From contig OY970280.1 of NCBI GenBank assembly GCA_963715865.1, positions 1,440,001 through 1,504,000 of the forward strand: a stretch of 64,000 bases of DNA, read 5' to 3'. The DNA comes from Candidatus Bathyarchaeota archaeon. Lineage in GTDB: Archaea > Thermoproteota > Bathyarchaeia > Bathyarchaeales > Bathycorpusculaceae. The position numbers and the translations under genes are program-made. The notes below the pieces were generated by a model that had not been told where the DNA came from, made no database searches, and was given only the letters and a program-made list of their open reading frames with translations. Position 1 is the first letter of the stretch. Every line of letters starts with the position of its first letter. This document shows positions 9,649-19,462 of this stretch, in pieces.

Positions 9649-12318
9649 ATGCAAATTGCTAAAAACAAAACTGCAGCTATTGCGATTTCTATATTCTTGG
9701 CATTTTCAATGATCGCTTCAATATTACTCGTACCAACTGCTAATGCTCATACCCCAGCTTGGACTATTTCAACCTACGCCTATCTCTCTGTTAACCCTAA
9801 TCCAGTAGGGGTCGGCCAAACGGTCTCCGTTAACTTTTGGCTTGATAAGGTTCCACCAACAGCAATGCAACAGTACGGTGAGAGATGGAACAATTTTACA
9901 GTGACGGTCACAAAGCCTGATGGAACCACTGAAACCTTAGGACCATTTTCCTCTGATGATACGGGAGGAGCATACACTACATATTCCCCCACCCAACTTG
10001 GCAATTACACTTTCGTGTTTAACTTCGGTGGACAAACAGCAGCTAACGTCAATCCCAGCCCACTCACCGGCACTCAAAATCCTCAGAACGTTGGTGACTA
10101 CTATCAACCCAGCACCAGCAGTAAAGTTATGTTGACCGTACAGCAGGCAGCAGTACTACCTTATCCGTCAACTCCGCTTCCAACAAACTATTGGACACGC
10201 CCCATATTTGCTACGAATACGAATTGGTACGATATCAGCGGAAACTGGCTTGGACTGGCACCAACGTCATTCGCCGCAACGGGGATGTATAATGCTACTG
10301 AAAACTTTGCTCCATACACCACAGCGCCAAACACTGCTCACATCATGTGGACAAAGCCCTATGCGTTCGGAGGTCTTATCGGAGGGGAATTTGGTAACAG
10401 CGAATTCGGCAGCAACTTCGTGTCAACTTCCCAGTACGAACCCAAATTTGCACCAATAATCATGGACGGTGTACTTTACTATACTTGGTACCCAAACAGT
10501 AATCAGAATCCAGCTGGTTGGGTCGCCGTAGATTTGCAAACTGGACAAACTCTATGGACTAAGAATACCACTTCGGTGCTAAGGTGTGGTGAGCTACTCG
10601 ATTACATCTCGCCTAACCAGTACGGAGCCCTCGCGTACCTGTGGGCTTCGCCTATAGCAAATGTAACGAGGAGTTCATCAGGGGGACAAATGCTCGGTAG
10701 TTCGTTCGAGATGTATGACGCAATGACAGGAAACTGGATACTTAGCTTCAGCATGCCTTTTGGCAACCAGTACGTCAACGGATTTGCTTATACGCTTGCG
10801 GAAGGTCCTGACGGGAGTCTACTAGCATACTATCTTACCTATGTTAACTCAACATATGCCACATTGAATTTATGGAACTCAACCCTAGCTATCACGCAAT
10901 ACAGCCTCACTTCTGGACAGAATACTAACACTTGGGCCTGGAGACCTCCACAAGGAGCAACCATTCCATGGAGCACAGGATTACAATGGTCAGTACCGAT
11001 CGTTTTGAATATGACGGCAGACAATGGAACCGTAGTAAACATTAATACGGCTTATTCTCAATCAGCTGGGCTAACGACAAATCTGGGCATATCTATAATT
11101 TCCGACACAATAATTGTAACTGACATACAAGGACCTACTACAGCGTTTAACCAGCCAGGCTACATTATTACCGAAGGGTACAGCCTAAGTACAGGACAAC
11201 TTGTGTGGGGTCCGATCAACCAAACGGAAACACCATTTAGCTATCTGATGTTGACTTCTGCTGGCGACGGAGTATATACTATATTTACAAAGGAAACCAT
11301 GTCGTGGAGTGGATACAGCACTACAACAGGGAAGCAATTATGGGGTCCAGTTACGGGGACTACCAATCCTTGGAGTTTCTATGAAGGTTTCTCAATTACC
11401 GCTTATGGCAACCTTTACTCAGCTGACTTAGGAGGAAATGTGAATGCTTTTGACGTGCAAACAGGGAAGCTCTTGTGGAACTGGACCACTGGAAGCAGCG
11501 GAACTGAAACACCCTATGGTATATGGCCTATTTGGCACATGGATGCTGTTGCTGACGGAAAGATATACATCATGGGAGGACACAACTACAGTCCACCCCT
11601 ATTCCGTGGAGCACAGCTATACTGCCTCAACGCTACTTCAGGAAAGGAACTATGGAGCATAAACGATTTCCCCATTACGAATGGTGCCACTGTTGCTATT
11701 TCCGACGGCTATTTGGTAGAACCAAACGCGTATGACAACCAAATATACTCTTTTGGCATGGGACCGAGCAAAGTAACCGTTACAGCACCTAGCGTAGGCG
11801 TGACAACTTCGACACCAATAACGATAACCGGAACTGTAACTGATACCTGTGCCGGCGCACAGCAGGCAGCAGTAGTCGCGAACTTTCCAAACGGTTTGCC
11901 ATGTGTTTCAGATGCTAGCATGACTCAGTGGATGGAGTACGTTTATCAGCAGCAACCAATGCCAACCAATGCAACCGGAGTTCCAGTAACCATATCAGTT
12001 CTTGACTCTAACGGCAACTACAGGCAAATCGGCACTGCAACAAGTGACTCAAGCGGCACGTTCGCTCTAACCTGGACACCTGACATTCCAGGCAATTTCA
12101 CTGTCGTCGCTAACTTTGCGGGTTCCAATTCGTACTATCCATCGTACGCTGAAACACATTTCAATGCCGCCACTCCAGCGCCAACAGCACCTCCTGCCGC
12201 AACACCTGCGCCAGCATCTATGGCTGATTTGTACTTCATTCCAGCAGTTGTAGCCATAATCGTCGTCATCATCATTGTCGGCGCTCTGATTATGCTGATG
12301 CTCAGAAAAAAGCCGTAA
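9649..12318 (+). CDS. Secreted, C-terminally membrane-anchored PQQ-like beta-propeller surface protein (paralogue 1)
   Basis: Signal peptide, Ig-like N-terminal domain, repeated propeller motifs (AVDLQTGQTLW, TGKQLW, YCLNATSGKELW), Ig-like C-terminal domain, P/T/A linker, TM helix plus RKKP. Confidence 0.85.
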   Translation: MQIAKNKTAAIAISIFLAFSMIASILLVPTANAHTPAWTISTYAYLSVNPNPVGVGQTVSVNFWLDKVPPTAMQQYGERWNNFTVTVTKPDGTTETLGPFSSDDTGGAYTTYSPTQLGNYTFVFNFGGQTAANVNPSPLTGTQNPQNVGDYYQPSTSSKVMLTVQQAAVLPYPSTPLPTNYWTRPIFATNTNWYDISGNWLGLAPTSFAATGMYNATENFAPYTTAPNTAHIMWTKPYAFGGLIGGEFGNSEFGSNFVSTSQYEPKFAPIIMDGVLYYTWYPNSNQNPAGWVAVDLQTGQTLWTKNTTSVLRCGELLDYISPNQYGALAYLWASPIANVTRSSSGGQMLGSSFEMYDAMTGNWILSFSMPFGNQYVNGFAYTLAEGPDGSLLAYYLTYVNSTYATLNLWNSTLAITQYSLTSGQNTNTWAWRPPQGATIPWSTGLQWSVPIVLNMTADNGTVVNINTAYSQSAGLTTNLGISIISDTIIVTDIQGPTTAFNQPGYIITEGYSLSTGQLVWGPINQTETPFSYLMLTSAGDGVYTIFTKETMSWSGYSTTTGKQLWGPVTGTTNPWSFYEGFSITAYGNLYSADLGGNVNAFDVQTGKLLWNWTTGSSGTETPYGIWPIWHMDAVADGKIYIMGGHNYSPPLFRGAQLYCLNATSGKELWSINDFPITNGATVAISDGYLVEPNAYDNQIYSFGMGPSKVTVTAPSVGVTTSTPITITGTVTDTCAGAQQAAVVANFPNGLPCVSDASMTQWMEYVYQQQPMPTNATGVPVTISVLDSNGNYRQIGTATSDSSGTFALTWTPDIPGNFTVVANFAGSNSYYPSYAETHFNAATPAPTAPPAATPAPASMADLYFIPAVVAIIVVIIIVGALIMLMLRKKP

Positions 12319-12328
12319 GACACTAAAT

Positions 12329-12359
12329 AACCAAAAAATCTCCTTCCCCTTTTTTTGGT
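12329..12359 (+). terminator. Putative terminator after propeller gene 1 (ACCAAAAAA...TTTTTTGGT hairpin / pyrimidine-T tract)
   Basis: Immediately 3' of the stop; a similar sequence follows paralogue 2 at 16239-16270. Confidence 0.5.
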
Positions 12360-12386
12360 CTTAAAAATAATGGAGAATAGATATGG

Positions 12387-12499
12387 GCTGAGAAGGCTCT
12401 GGTTAAAATTCACGATGTTAGCCATAGTAATCGTGATCAGCATTTGATTTGATTCTCCTATAGCAATGTTCAGGGAAGGTTCCAGAGCCTCAGCAAACC
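12387..12499. ncRNA. Conserved structured element, copy 1 (candidate ncRNA or cis-acting RNA/DNA stem-loop)
   Basis: Closing stem GCTGA-[GAA]-GGCTCTGG ... CCAGAGCC-TCAGC; internal hairpin CACGAT/ATCGTG. A homologous copy lies at 16297-16391. Confidence 0.5.
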
Positions 12500-12514
12500 A
12501 AATAACGCCTGAAC

Positions 12515-12581
12515 AAGCATTAACATGCGTTACCGCTGAAACGTTGACGCAGAAGTACAGGCAGAAAGCTGTCAAGAACCT
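12515..12581 (+). repeat. 67-bp direct repeat, copy B (duplicated fragment of the ferredoxin 3' end)
   Basis: 64/67 identical to 9281-9347; translates as EQALTCVTAETLTQKYRQKAVKNL versus EEALTYVTAETLAQKYRQKAVKNL. Confidence 0.95.
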
Positions 12582-12640
12582 TCCAAATAAAAGAAAATTT
12601 GGCTATCAGCTGTCATCTATTCGAAGGGATAACCAACCGG

Positions 12641-13504
12641 CTAATTACTAACGTAGTCGCTTACAACCTTAACATTCTTGCTAGAATAACGATTTAGAGA
12701 CGAAGCCGCTTGTTTCCATAGTTTGTTGAAATAAATCTGGACTGCCGCTATGAGGGCAGAGTTATTCGTCCACAGCATAGGCGAATCACCTATGAGTTTT
12801 TCAGGCGACGTGTAGACAAGCAGTTCTTTTTTGTCATATATACCAAGTATCGCTGGTAGCGAAGATGAAACAAACTTGATCTCGACATTCCGAGACGCAA
12901 TGGAGTATTCAAAGATTTCCTGAGCGGACTGTTCCTCAGGAAGCTTCGCTGCCACAAGTCGGATTTTTACATGTCTTTTTAGCGCTTGGATACTTTGCTC
13001 TCTGAAAAGGAAGCTGGCGTAACCTACATTTTTCCATAAACCATTGATAAGGTCGCATGACTCTTTTGTTCTATCAACCACCATTCTTGACTTTCTTATG
13101 ATAGCTTCCTTCCCGCTTGTAATAACAAATTGAGCCATCTTTTCTTCATCTAGACTTTCTACTTGATTGTTTGCGAAGTTCTTGAGCAGCATGTTTGCCT
13201 TCTGCTCAAGCTCCAAAGATACCTTTTCTCTACGTTCAAGCAGAAACGTAACAGCGTCGTTTATGGGAAGTGGCTCAAACTCTGTTGGATTGACAAGCAA
13301 TTTTTCTACTAAACCTATACTTTGCAGTTCAGCAGCGACTCGCTGGACTTCTTGCCTGGCTATATTTGCCTTTTCTGCAATCTTTCTAACTGTACTATTG
13401 CCCGTTCTAACTAAGGTTAGGTAAACCTTTGCTTGGAGAAATGTGAGCCCAAATCCTGTGAGAGTCTGAACATCTTCATCCTGAAGCATAATCCCCCTCC
13501 CCAA
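12641..13504 (-). CDS. TrmB-family transcriptional regulator
   Basis: N-terminal wHTH (FGLTFLQAKVYLTL...GLVEK) and PLD-like effector domain (IYDKKELL...LWTNN...YFNKLW). Confidence 0.88.
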   Translation of the reverse strand: MGRGIMLQDEDVQTLTGFGLTFLQAKVYLTLVRTGNSTVRKIAEKANIARQEVQRVAAELQSIGLVEKLLVNPTEFEPLPINDAVTFLLERREKVSLELEQKANMLLKNFANNQVESLDEEKMAQFVITSGKEAIIRKSRMVVDRTKESCDLINGLWKNVGYASFLFREQSIQALKRHVKIRLVAAKLPEEQSAQEIFEYSIASRNVEIKFVSSSLPAILGIYDKKELLVYTSPEKLIGDSPMLWTNNSALIAAVQIYFNKLWKQAASSLNRYSSKNVKVVSDYVSN

Positions 13505-13640
13505 TATGCCCCATATTGCCTATACACACTTAAGAATGTTGCAGTTTTAAATTTTTCTGAAAGCAAGTGACTTTCTTGCCACTTTTTAAATGCAAAAACC
13601 TACAACTCGATGCTTACAAGAATAAAGGAGAAAAAAGAAA

Positions 13641-16229
13641 ATGTCTAACAATTTCATTAGAAAGAATGCTAAAATTCATGGAAAACAGACGCTATCTGTA
13701 ATTGCTTTGATTCTGCTGTTGACATTTTCCGGAATAATGACGATGATGCCAACTTCAAAAGCGCAGACTGCAGCTTCTCCTCTTCCCACAAATGCCTATC
13801 TAGCTGTTTCGCCAAACCCTGTGGGACTCGGTCAGCAGGCAACACTAGAAATGTGGCTGGGTCAACCCAACCCAACTGCATCCGGTTTAGTCGGTAGCAG
13901 GTGGACAAACTTTACCATAGCGGTCACAAAACCTGATGGAACAACCGAAACGCTGGGACCTTTCACGGCCAATGACGCGTCATTCTCAATCGCATATTAC
14001 ACGCCAAACCAAATAGGTAATTACACTTTTAAGTTCACTTTTTCAGGGCAACACGTAACCGGTGTATCACCAATGACCATGGCACCAGTTGACAATTATT
14101 ATGCAGCAAGCAGTTTCACAGCAGTACTTACAGTACAGCAGCAACCAGCGGCAACAACGCCACAAGCTTCGCTTCCAACGAGCTTTTGGACTCGCCCAAT
14201 AAACTCTCTTAATCAAGACTGGTATTCAATTTCAGGAAACTGGCTGGCGTTAGGTGCATCCACTTTTGGATCAACAAACTACAATGTGACTGGAAACTTT
14301 AACGCGTTCACAACCGCGCCTAATAGTGCTCATGTCCTGTGGACTAAGCCATTAGAGGCTGGAGGCTTAATCGGAGGAGAGTTCGGCGGAACAAGTACAA
14401 GTAACTACTTTACTGGAAAGACATATCAAACAGAGTTCCAACCACCAATAATCATCAATGGCGTACTCTATTATAATGCTCCTACGAATCCCAGAGAAGG
14501 ATTCTATGCTGTAGATTTGCGTACAGGACAAACGTTATGGTGGCAAAACAGCACTGAACCAGTGTACCAACCAATGGGCGGTTTAGTGACAGGTTGGGCT
14601 TATCCAGGGATTTCTCTAGGTCAAGTGTATAACTATCTGTCGCCTAACATGGAAGGAGGCTTTCCCTACTTGTGGTTTACTGGCACAACTATGTGGGATA
14701 TGTATGACGCTAATACAGGAAACCGGATATTACAAATTGCAAATGCAACAACTGGCGGCACAAATGTCGAAGGACCTAGTGGCGAACTGCTAAACTACGT
14801 CATGGGAAATAATTGGATAGCTATGTGGAACTCGTCACTTTGCATCGGAACGTTCGCAAAATATACCCCGCCGATCCCACTTTTTAGTTCAAATGGTTGG
14901 GTCTGGAGTCCGCCTATTGGAGCCGTTCTTAATTGGAATACAGGCGTGCAATGGAATGTTACGGTTCAAACTTACCCAGGTGAGGCAATAGCAAGCGTCA
15001 ATTCAGGAATAATACTTGCAAGTACGCTAACTAGTGTAATGAGCTATTTTGGAACGCAAAGCTCCACAGTAGAAATAGGGTATAGCTCGACAACAGGGCA
15101 ACAACTATGGATTCAAAATCGAACGCTACCTTCTGGCCCTACAACTGGATTTCTTTACAGTTTGGGACCGATGGTCAACGGCATATACACAGCATACGAC
15201 GCCTTAGGTGAGCAATGGTATGCCTTCGACGTTAACACTGGCAATAAGGTCTGGGGTCCGACAGTAGCTGATCCTGACCCATGGGGTTCAGAAGGAAGCG
15301 CTTCGGGATCGCAGATCGCTTATGGGATTCTATACGGATTTTCCTCAGACGGTGTTCATGCTTTTGATCTCGCCACAGGCAAGAAATTATGGGATTTTAA
15401 AGGAATTAACAGCGGAGCAGATTTCCCCGGTTTCACTTACTACCCGTTTGAAGGCGCTTCAATGACCGTTGCTGACGGAAAAATCTACTTGCAAACTGGT
15501 GACACTCATGGTGACCCCTTGTTCAGAGGCGCACAACTTTACTGTGTAAACGCTACTTCCGGAACAGAAATCTGGAGAACAACTTCATTCTACGAAGGAG
15601 TTATGCCTGTTTCAGATGGCATCCTCATGGCTCTAAACGGGTACGACAACCAAATATACGCCTATGGCATGGGACCCAGCAAAACAACGGTTACAGCACC
15701 TAGCGTTGGCGTGTCAACCTCCACACCAATTACGATAAGCGGTACAGTAACGGACATTTCTGCCGGCGCTCAGCAGCAAGCAGTTGCGGCGAACTTCCCC
15801 AGCGGTCTTCCTGCGGTTTCTGACTCAAGCATGACCCAGTGGATGGAGTACGTTTACCAGCAGCAGTCATTCCCATCAAACGCGACTGGTGTTCCAGTAT
15901 CAATTGATGTCCTTGACTCTAACGGCAACTATAGAAACATCGGCACAACGACAAGCGACGTAAGCGGTTCGTTCAGTCTAACTTGGACTCCTGACATTCC
16001 AGGCAACTACACTGTCATCGCCAGCTTCCATGGTTCAGAATCATACTATTCATCGTACGCTGAAGCACATTTCTATGCTAGCGCTGCACCAACAGTAACA
16101 CCGACCGCTACACCTCAAGCAAACCTTGCAACAACAGCAGACCTAATGACGTACATGGTCGCTGTAGCAATCGCTATAATCATTGCAATAGCCATAGCCA
16201 CAGTACTAATCCTCAGGAAACACCCATAA
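13641..16229 (+). CDS. Secreted, membrane-anchored PQQ-like beta-propeller surface protein (paralogue 2)
   Basis: Same architecture as 9649..12318; shared blocks WTRPI, WTKP..GGLIGGEFG, FRGAQLYC.NATSG, SMTQWMEYVYQQQ; C-terminal TM plus RKHP. Confidence 0.85.
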   Translation: MSNNFIRKNAKIHGKQTLSVIALILLLTFSGIMTMMPTSKAQTAASPLPTNAYLAVSPNPVGLGQQATLEMWLGQPNPTASGLVGSRWTNFTIAVTKPDGTTETLGPFTANDASFSIAYYTPNQIGNYTFKFTFSGQHVTGVSPMTMAPVDNYYAASSFTAVLTVQQQPAATTPQASLPTSFWTRPINSLNQDWYSISGNWLALGASTFGSTNYNVTGNFNAFTTAPNSAHVLWTKPLEAGGLIGGEFGGTSTSNYFTGKTYQTEFQPPIIINGVLYYNAPTNPREGFYAVDLRTGQTLWWQNSTEPVYQPMGGLVTGWAYPGISLGQVYNYLSPNMEGGFPYLWFTGTTMWDMYDANTGNRILQIANATTGGTNVEGPSGELLNYVMGNNWIAMWNSSLCIGTFAKYTPPIPLFSSNGWVWSPPIGAVLNWNTGVQWNVTVQTYPGEAIASVNSGIILASTLTSVMSYFGTQSSTVEIGYSSTTGQQLWIQNRTLPSGPTTGFLYSLGPMVNGIYTAYDALGEQWYAFDVNTGNKVWGPTVADPDPWGSEGSASGSQIAYGILYGFSSDGVHAFDLATGKKLWDFKGINSGADFPGFTYYPFEGASMTVADGKIYLQTGDTHGDPLFRGAQLYCVNATSGTEIWRTTSFYEGVMPVSDGILMALNGYDNQIYAYGMGPSKTTVTAPSVGVSTSTPITISGTVTDISAGAQQQAVAANFPSGLPAVSDSSMTQWMEYVYQQQSFPSNATGVPVSIDVLDSNGNYRNIGTTTSDVSGSFSLTWTPDIPGNYTVIASFHGSESYYSSYAEAHFYASAAPTVTPTATPQANLATTADLMTYMVAVAIAIIIAIAIATVLILRKHP

Positions 16230-16296
16230 AAACAGCACAACCAAAAAATCCACTTTCCCCTTTTTTAGTCTTAAACGCAACGGAGAAGAGATAAGG

Positions 16297-16391
16297 GCTG
16301 AGAAGGCTCTGGTAAAATTAACGATTGAATCGTGATAGAGCATTTGCATTTGCTCTTTTCTTCCTTTCGATTTCCAGAGCCTCAGCAAACC
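16297..16391. ncRNA. Conserved structured element, copy 2
   Basis: Same closing stem as 12387-12494; internal hairpins ACGAT/ATCGT and AGAGCA/TGCTCT; followed by AAACCA as in copy 1. Confidence 0.5.
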
Positions 16392-16453
16392 ACATTCAAG
16401 TGCATGTACGTTTTAGGCTGCAATTTTTTTATTGGCAATTTAAGGCTAAAGTC

Positions 16454-18538
16454 TCAAGTATACTGTTGGGCTGTTTTCTCAGTTATAGTACCTTTAGTAT
16501 ACGGTACAAATTCCCTGATCTGTTCAATCGACGTTTTTCCAGTTTTCTCCCGTTGCTCCTTCGGTAGCTTCAACATTAGAGACTTGAGAATTTGTTTCAA
16601 AAGCTCCTTTCCTGCTAAATCGCCAGGCACAAGGACAACGTAAGTTTTGGTTTTTGCTTTCACTGCATCCACAGGTCCACCAACAAAACATGTTTCCTCA
16701 TCAACAATTGTTCCAACGGCAAGTTTAAGCGGCACACTTCGCATCCAGTTGCGTTTGCCAACAACCGCGAAAGCACCATGAGGAACAGATTCTCCTGAAG
16801 GACCACTTTTGCTTAACTGGTCCAGTTTGACCCAGTAAACATCGGCTGAACCAGCATTTTCACGCCAAGCCCGCGAAAAAGACGCCGCAAACTCGCCAGC
16901 TTCACGAAGCGTTTGCTCACTTATGGTTTTGCCTTCAGATTTAACAACCACAAATGGTGCGCCTGAGATTTCAGCGTGAAAAACCACGTCTTCTTGCTTA
17001 GTGTACTTTTTTATGAGCACTTCGTTGCTGACTGTGTCTTTGCCAGCAACCACCAAAAAGTCGTCAGAAGAGGTAAACCAACGGAATTTTTCGTACCACT
17101 CCTTACTCTCCCTCTCCAGCTTACGTTTAGAGAGCGCTTCAATAATTTCCGCTGGCTTGAGACTTTTCAACTCTTCCGCTTCACGTAACTCTTTCTCAAT
17201 TTTAGCTAACTTTTTCTTTGAATCCTCAAGCGCTGTTAATGCGCCAGCGGATTTTTGCTTCGCCTTTTTTCCGCGTTCATAATATTCTGAAGCATTATCG
17301 AAAAGCGAATGCCGCAAGGTAATGCTAAACTGCAAGTCCTCTATGAAAAGGTTAAGCGCGAGGTTGCGTCCATCAAACGATTCAATGTAAACTTCAGGTA
17401 TTTTGCCAGTTTTTTTAGCAGCTAAGGTTTCAGCGATGAGACTGTTCCAGTCTTTGCCTGCCATGTTTGCATTCAGAAGCTTGTCTTGGAATGTTTGAAG
17501 TTCGTTGAAGTGAGCATAAATGGTATCGCCAATTAGTTTGTCGCGTTCTGCTTTGGCTTCATCCTCATGTATGGATTTTTCTTGTTCAGCAATAACTCTT
17601 TTTAGCCGTTCTGCTTCCTGCTTTAACTTGTCAACTTCAACGCTGGCAAGTGCACTTTCAGCCGCCGTTACCCGAAGGTAAAACTCGTCTAACGCTTGAT
17701 TAAAACTGCTGTAACCTTGAGTTTTGAAGCCTTCATAACGCTTAAGCTTGAAAGGCACAACATCCAAGAAGCTTCCATCTTCGTCGAGAATTATACTTGG
17801 TTCCAAATTGCCCGTTGCAACTTTTGAAAGCAGACTTTGAAGAGCATCAAAAATCCCCTTAATTTCCATATCTGTTAAGTTTTTGCACGGCTTAGCTTTA
17901 TCCACGTTAGCTCTAAGCAAAACTTCTTCAGCGTAAACTCCACCGATGCCTAAGAAACGCGCTGTTACCCTGACAACCTCAACTTCACCCGCATTTTTCA
18001 AGGCTTCCTCCAATTCAGGTAGGGAAACTTTGAAGGGGTTTTTGCCGCTTGGAGGGGGAAATGCTAAGACTTCATTGCGCAAAATGTTGCGGTCACGCAT
18101 GCGCTTAAAGAATAAAGCCTGCAAAATCATGTTTTTCTCGTTTGTTAAGATTATGTTGCCTTCGCCGAAAAGCTCCACAACAAGCTTTAGCAACCCTTCT
18201 TTGGTCTTAAAACTCAACGTTACAATTCTTTCAAACTCATATTGCTCAATGCCACTTACCCATGCTCCTCGCAAATACTTTCTTAATGCCATGCAAAATG
18301 CTGGCGGGACATTTGGGTTTTCCTGCGCATAAACGGTTAAGTGTATTCTTCTGCCGGCTTCTGTAACTAGTCTTATTGGCGGTAGGTCAATTTTGTGAAG
18401 CTTGAAAATCAGCGTTTTCTCGTTGAGCTGGTAGATGTTGTTCACTCTGGAATCAGCGATTGTTGCTTTTAATTCTTGGATTGCTGCGGTAATGTCGAAG
18501 CTTGTGAATTCTTTTTTGCGCAATGCTTGCACCGTCAT
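16454..18538 (-). CDS. rqcH: Ribosome quality-control factor Rqc2/RqcH (NFACT family)
   Basis: NFACT-N (FCMALRKYL, ELFGEGNIIL), coiled coil (NASEYYERGKKAKQK), NFACT-R (WYEKFRWF, AGKD, FHAEISGAP), GAFAVVGKRNW. Confidence 0.92.
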   Translation of the reverse strand: MTVQALRKKEFTSFDITAAIQELKATIADSRVNNIYQLNEKTLIFKLHKIDLPPIRLVTEAGRRIHLTVYAQENPNVPPAFCMALRKYLRGAWVSGIEQYEFERIVTLSFKTKEGLLKLVVELFGEGNIILTNEKNMILQALFFKRMRDRNILRNEVLAFPPPSGKNPFKVSLPELEEALKNAGEVEVVRVTARFLGIGGVYAEEVLLRANVDKAKPCKNLTDMEIKGIFDALQSLLSKVATGNLEPSIILDEDGSFLDVVPFKLKRYEGFKTQGYSSFNQALDEFYLRVTAAESALASVEVDKLKQEAERLKRVIAEQEKSIHEDEAKAERDKLIGDTIYAHFNELQTFQDKLLNANMAGKDWNSLIAETLAAKKTGKIPEVYIESFDGRNLALNLFIEDLQFSITLRHSLFDNASEYYERGKKAKQKSAGALTALEDSKKKLAKIEKELREAEELKSLKPAEIIEALSKRKLERESKEWYEKFRWFTSSDDFLVVAGKDTVSNEVLIKKYTKQEDVVFHAEISGAPFVVVKSEGKTISEQTLREAGEFAASFSRAWRENAGSADVYWVKLDQLSKSGPSGESVPHGAFAVVGKRNWMRSVPLKLAVGTIVDEETCFVGGPVDAVKAKTKTYVVLVPGDLAGKELLKQILKSLMLKLPKEQREKTGKTSIEQIREFVPYTKGTITEKTAQQYT

Positions 18539-18694
18539 ACATTGAATCTATTATGGACTTGACTATAAAATAACCCTTTCACTAAAACATCGCAAAGGGC
18601 TAATGAATAGGATTTGGAAGGCAGAAACGATTAATATCTAGGCATCTTTTTTAAGTAAGAAGAAAAATATAATCTGCCAAGGATTAGATACGAC

Positions 18695-18991
18695 ATGACA
18701 CCAGTGAAACAGCTATACATCATAAGAATCGTGTTAGGCATAATTGCAGCGGCTTTAAGTGCAGTGGTAGCTTTTCTGATGGGTACTGCGGGTGGTATTG
18801 ACATTTTTGTTGATAGTTTAACGGTAGCCTTAATGGTTTACTTAGTATCCTATTATATTCTGAAAGCAGCATACAAAAACAAGATAGAAAAGCAATCAAA
18901 AATCTTGAGCACAGCCATAGGGATGTACTTTTTCACTTGGATAACATTCTTAATCCTATTCTACACAACAATAATAAAAGTATTCGTGTGA
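18695..18991 (+). CDS. Small hypothetical membrane protein (3 TM)
   Basis: 98-aa hydrophobic ORF filling the gap between divergent/convergent neighbours. Confidence 0.7.
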   Translation: MTPVKQLYIIRIVLGIIAAALSAVVAFLMGTAGGIDIFVDSLTVALMVYLVSYYILKAAYKNKIEKQSKILSTAIGMYFFTWITFLILFYTTIIKVFV

Positions 18992-19000
18992 GCTTAAAAT

Positions 19001-19459
19001 TTATTCATCTTCGCTTTTCTGCAGAAAATTCGCGATTGTAGCTTGGCTCTTGTCGCTTCTCAGGGTTTCTATTTTTTCCTCTTCAGCAGCTTTGTCATTA
19101 CCGTTTTGTGTGCTTGGAATGTCCATGCGTGTTACAATGCGCATGCAGTCTGCCCAAGCTGAGAAGTATCCGCGGTCAAAATCTCCATGCAAGCCGTTGC
19201 GCATGTGTTCGAGAAATTCTTTTCTGTAAGCATGCAAAGTTACTTTATCGCTTAAGTCTAGTTTTGAAAATAATGCGTAGTCATCAGTATTATTTCTGCG
19301 TGAAAGAAGCATTCCGTATAATGCTCGGAAGTATCCTCTGTTCCACTCTGTTTTTTGCATTTTTTGCTTAAGTCGTTCCAACTCCCGCTCAGCTTCCGTG
19401 AATTGTCTGTTAACTATGAGTTGGAAGTACCGTGTGACTAAGACTTGTGGTATTGGCAT
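19001..19459 (-). CDS. Hypothetical alpha-helical protein downstream of radA
   Basis: 152 aa, starts 3 nt after the radA stop; two RGY(F) helical motifs. Confidence 0.75.
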   Translation of the reverse strand: MPIPQVLVTRYFQLIVNRQFTEAERELERLKQKMQKTEWNRGYFRALYGMLLSRRNNTDDYALFSKLDLSDKVTLHAYRKEFLEHMRNGLHGDFDRGYFSAWADCMRIVTRMDIPSTQNGNDKAAEEEKIETLRSDKSQATIANFLQKSEDE

Positions 19460-19462
19460 GTT

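Noticed and set aside
12385-12480. GGGCTGAGA...TGATCAG...AGGGAA resembles TPP-riboswitch words
   Set aside because: The ACCC/GAACCTGAT core is missing, copy 2 lacks the 3' words, and the element lies downstream of convergent genes.
16297-16386. GAA-bulged 3' stem as an archaeal SECIS
   Set aside because: The upstream genes have no in-frame TGA and the geometry does not match the GAA/A internal-loop hairpin.
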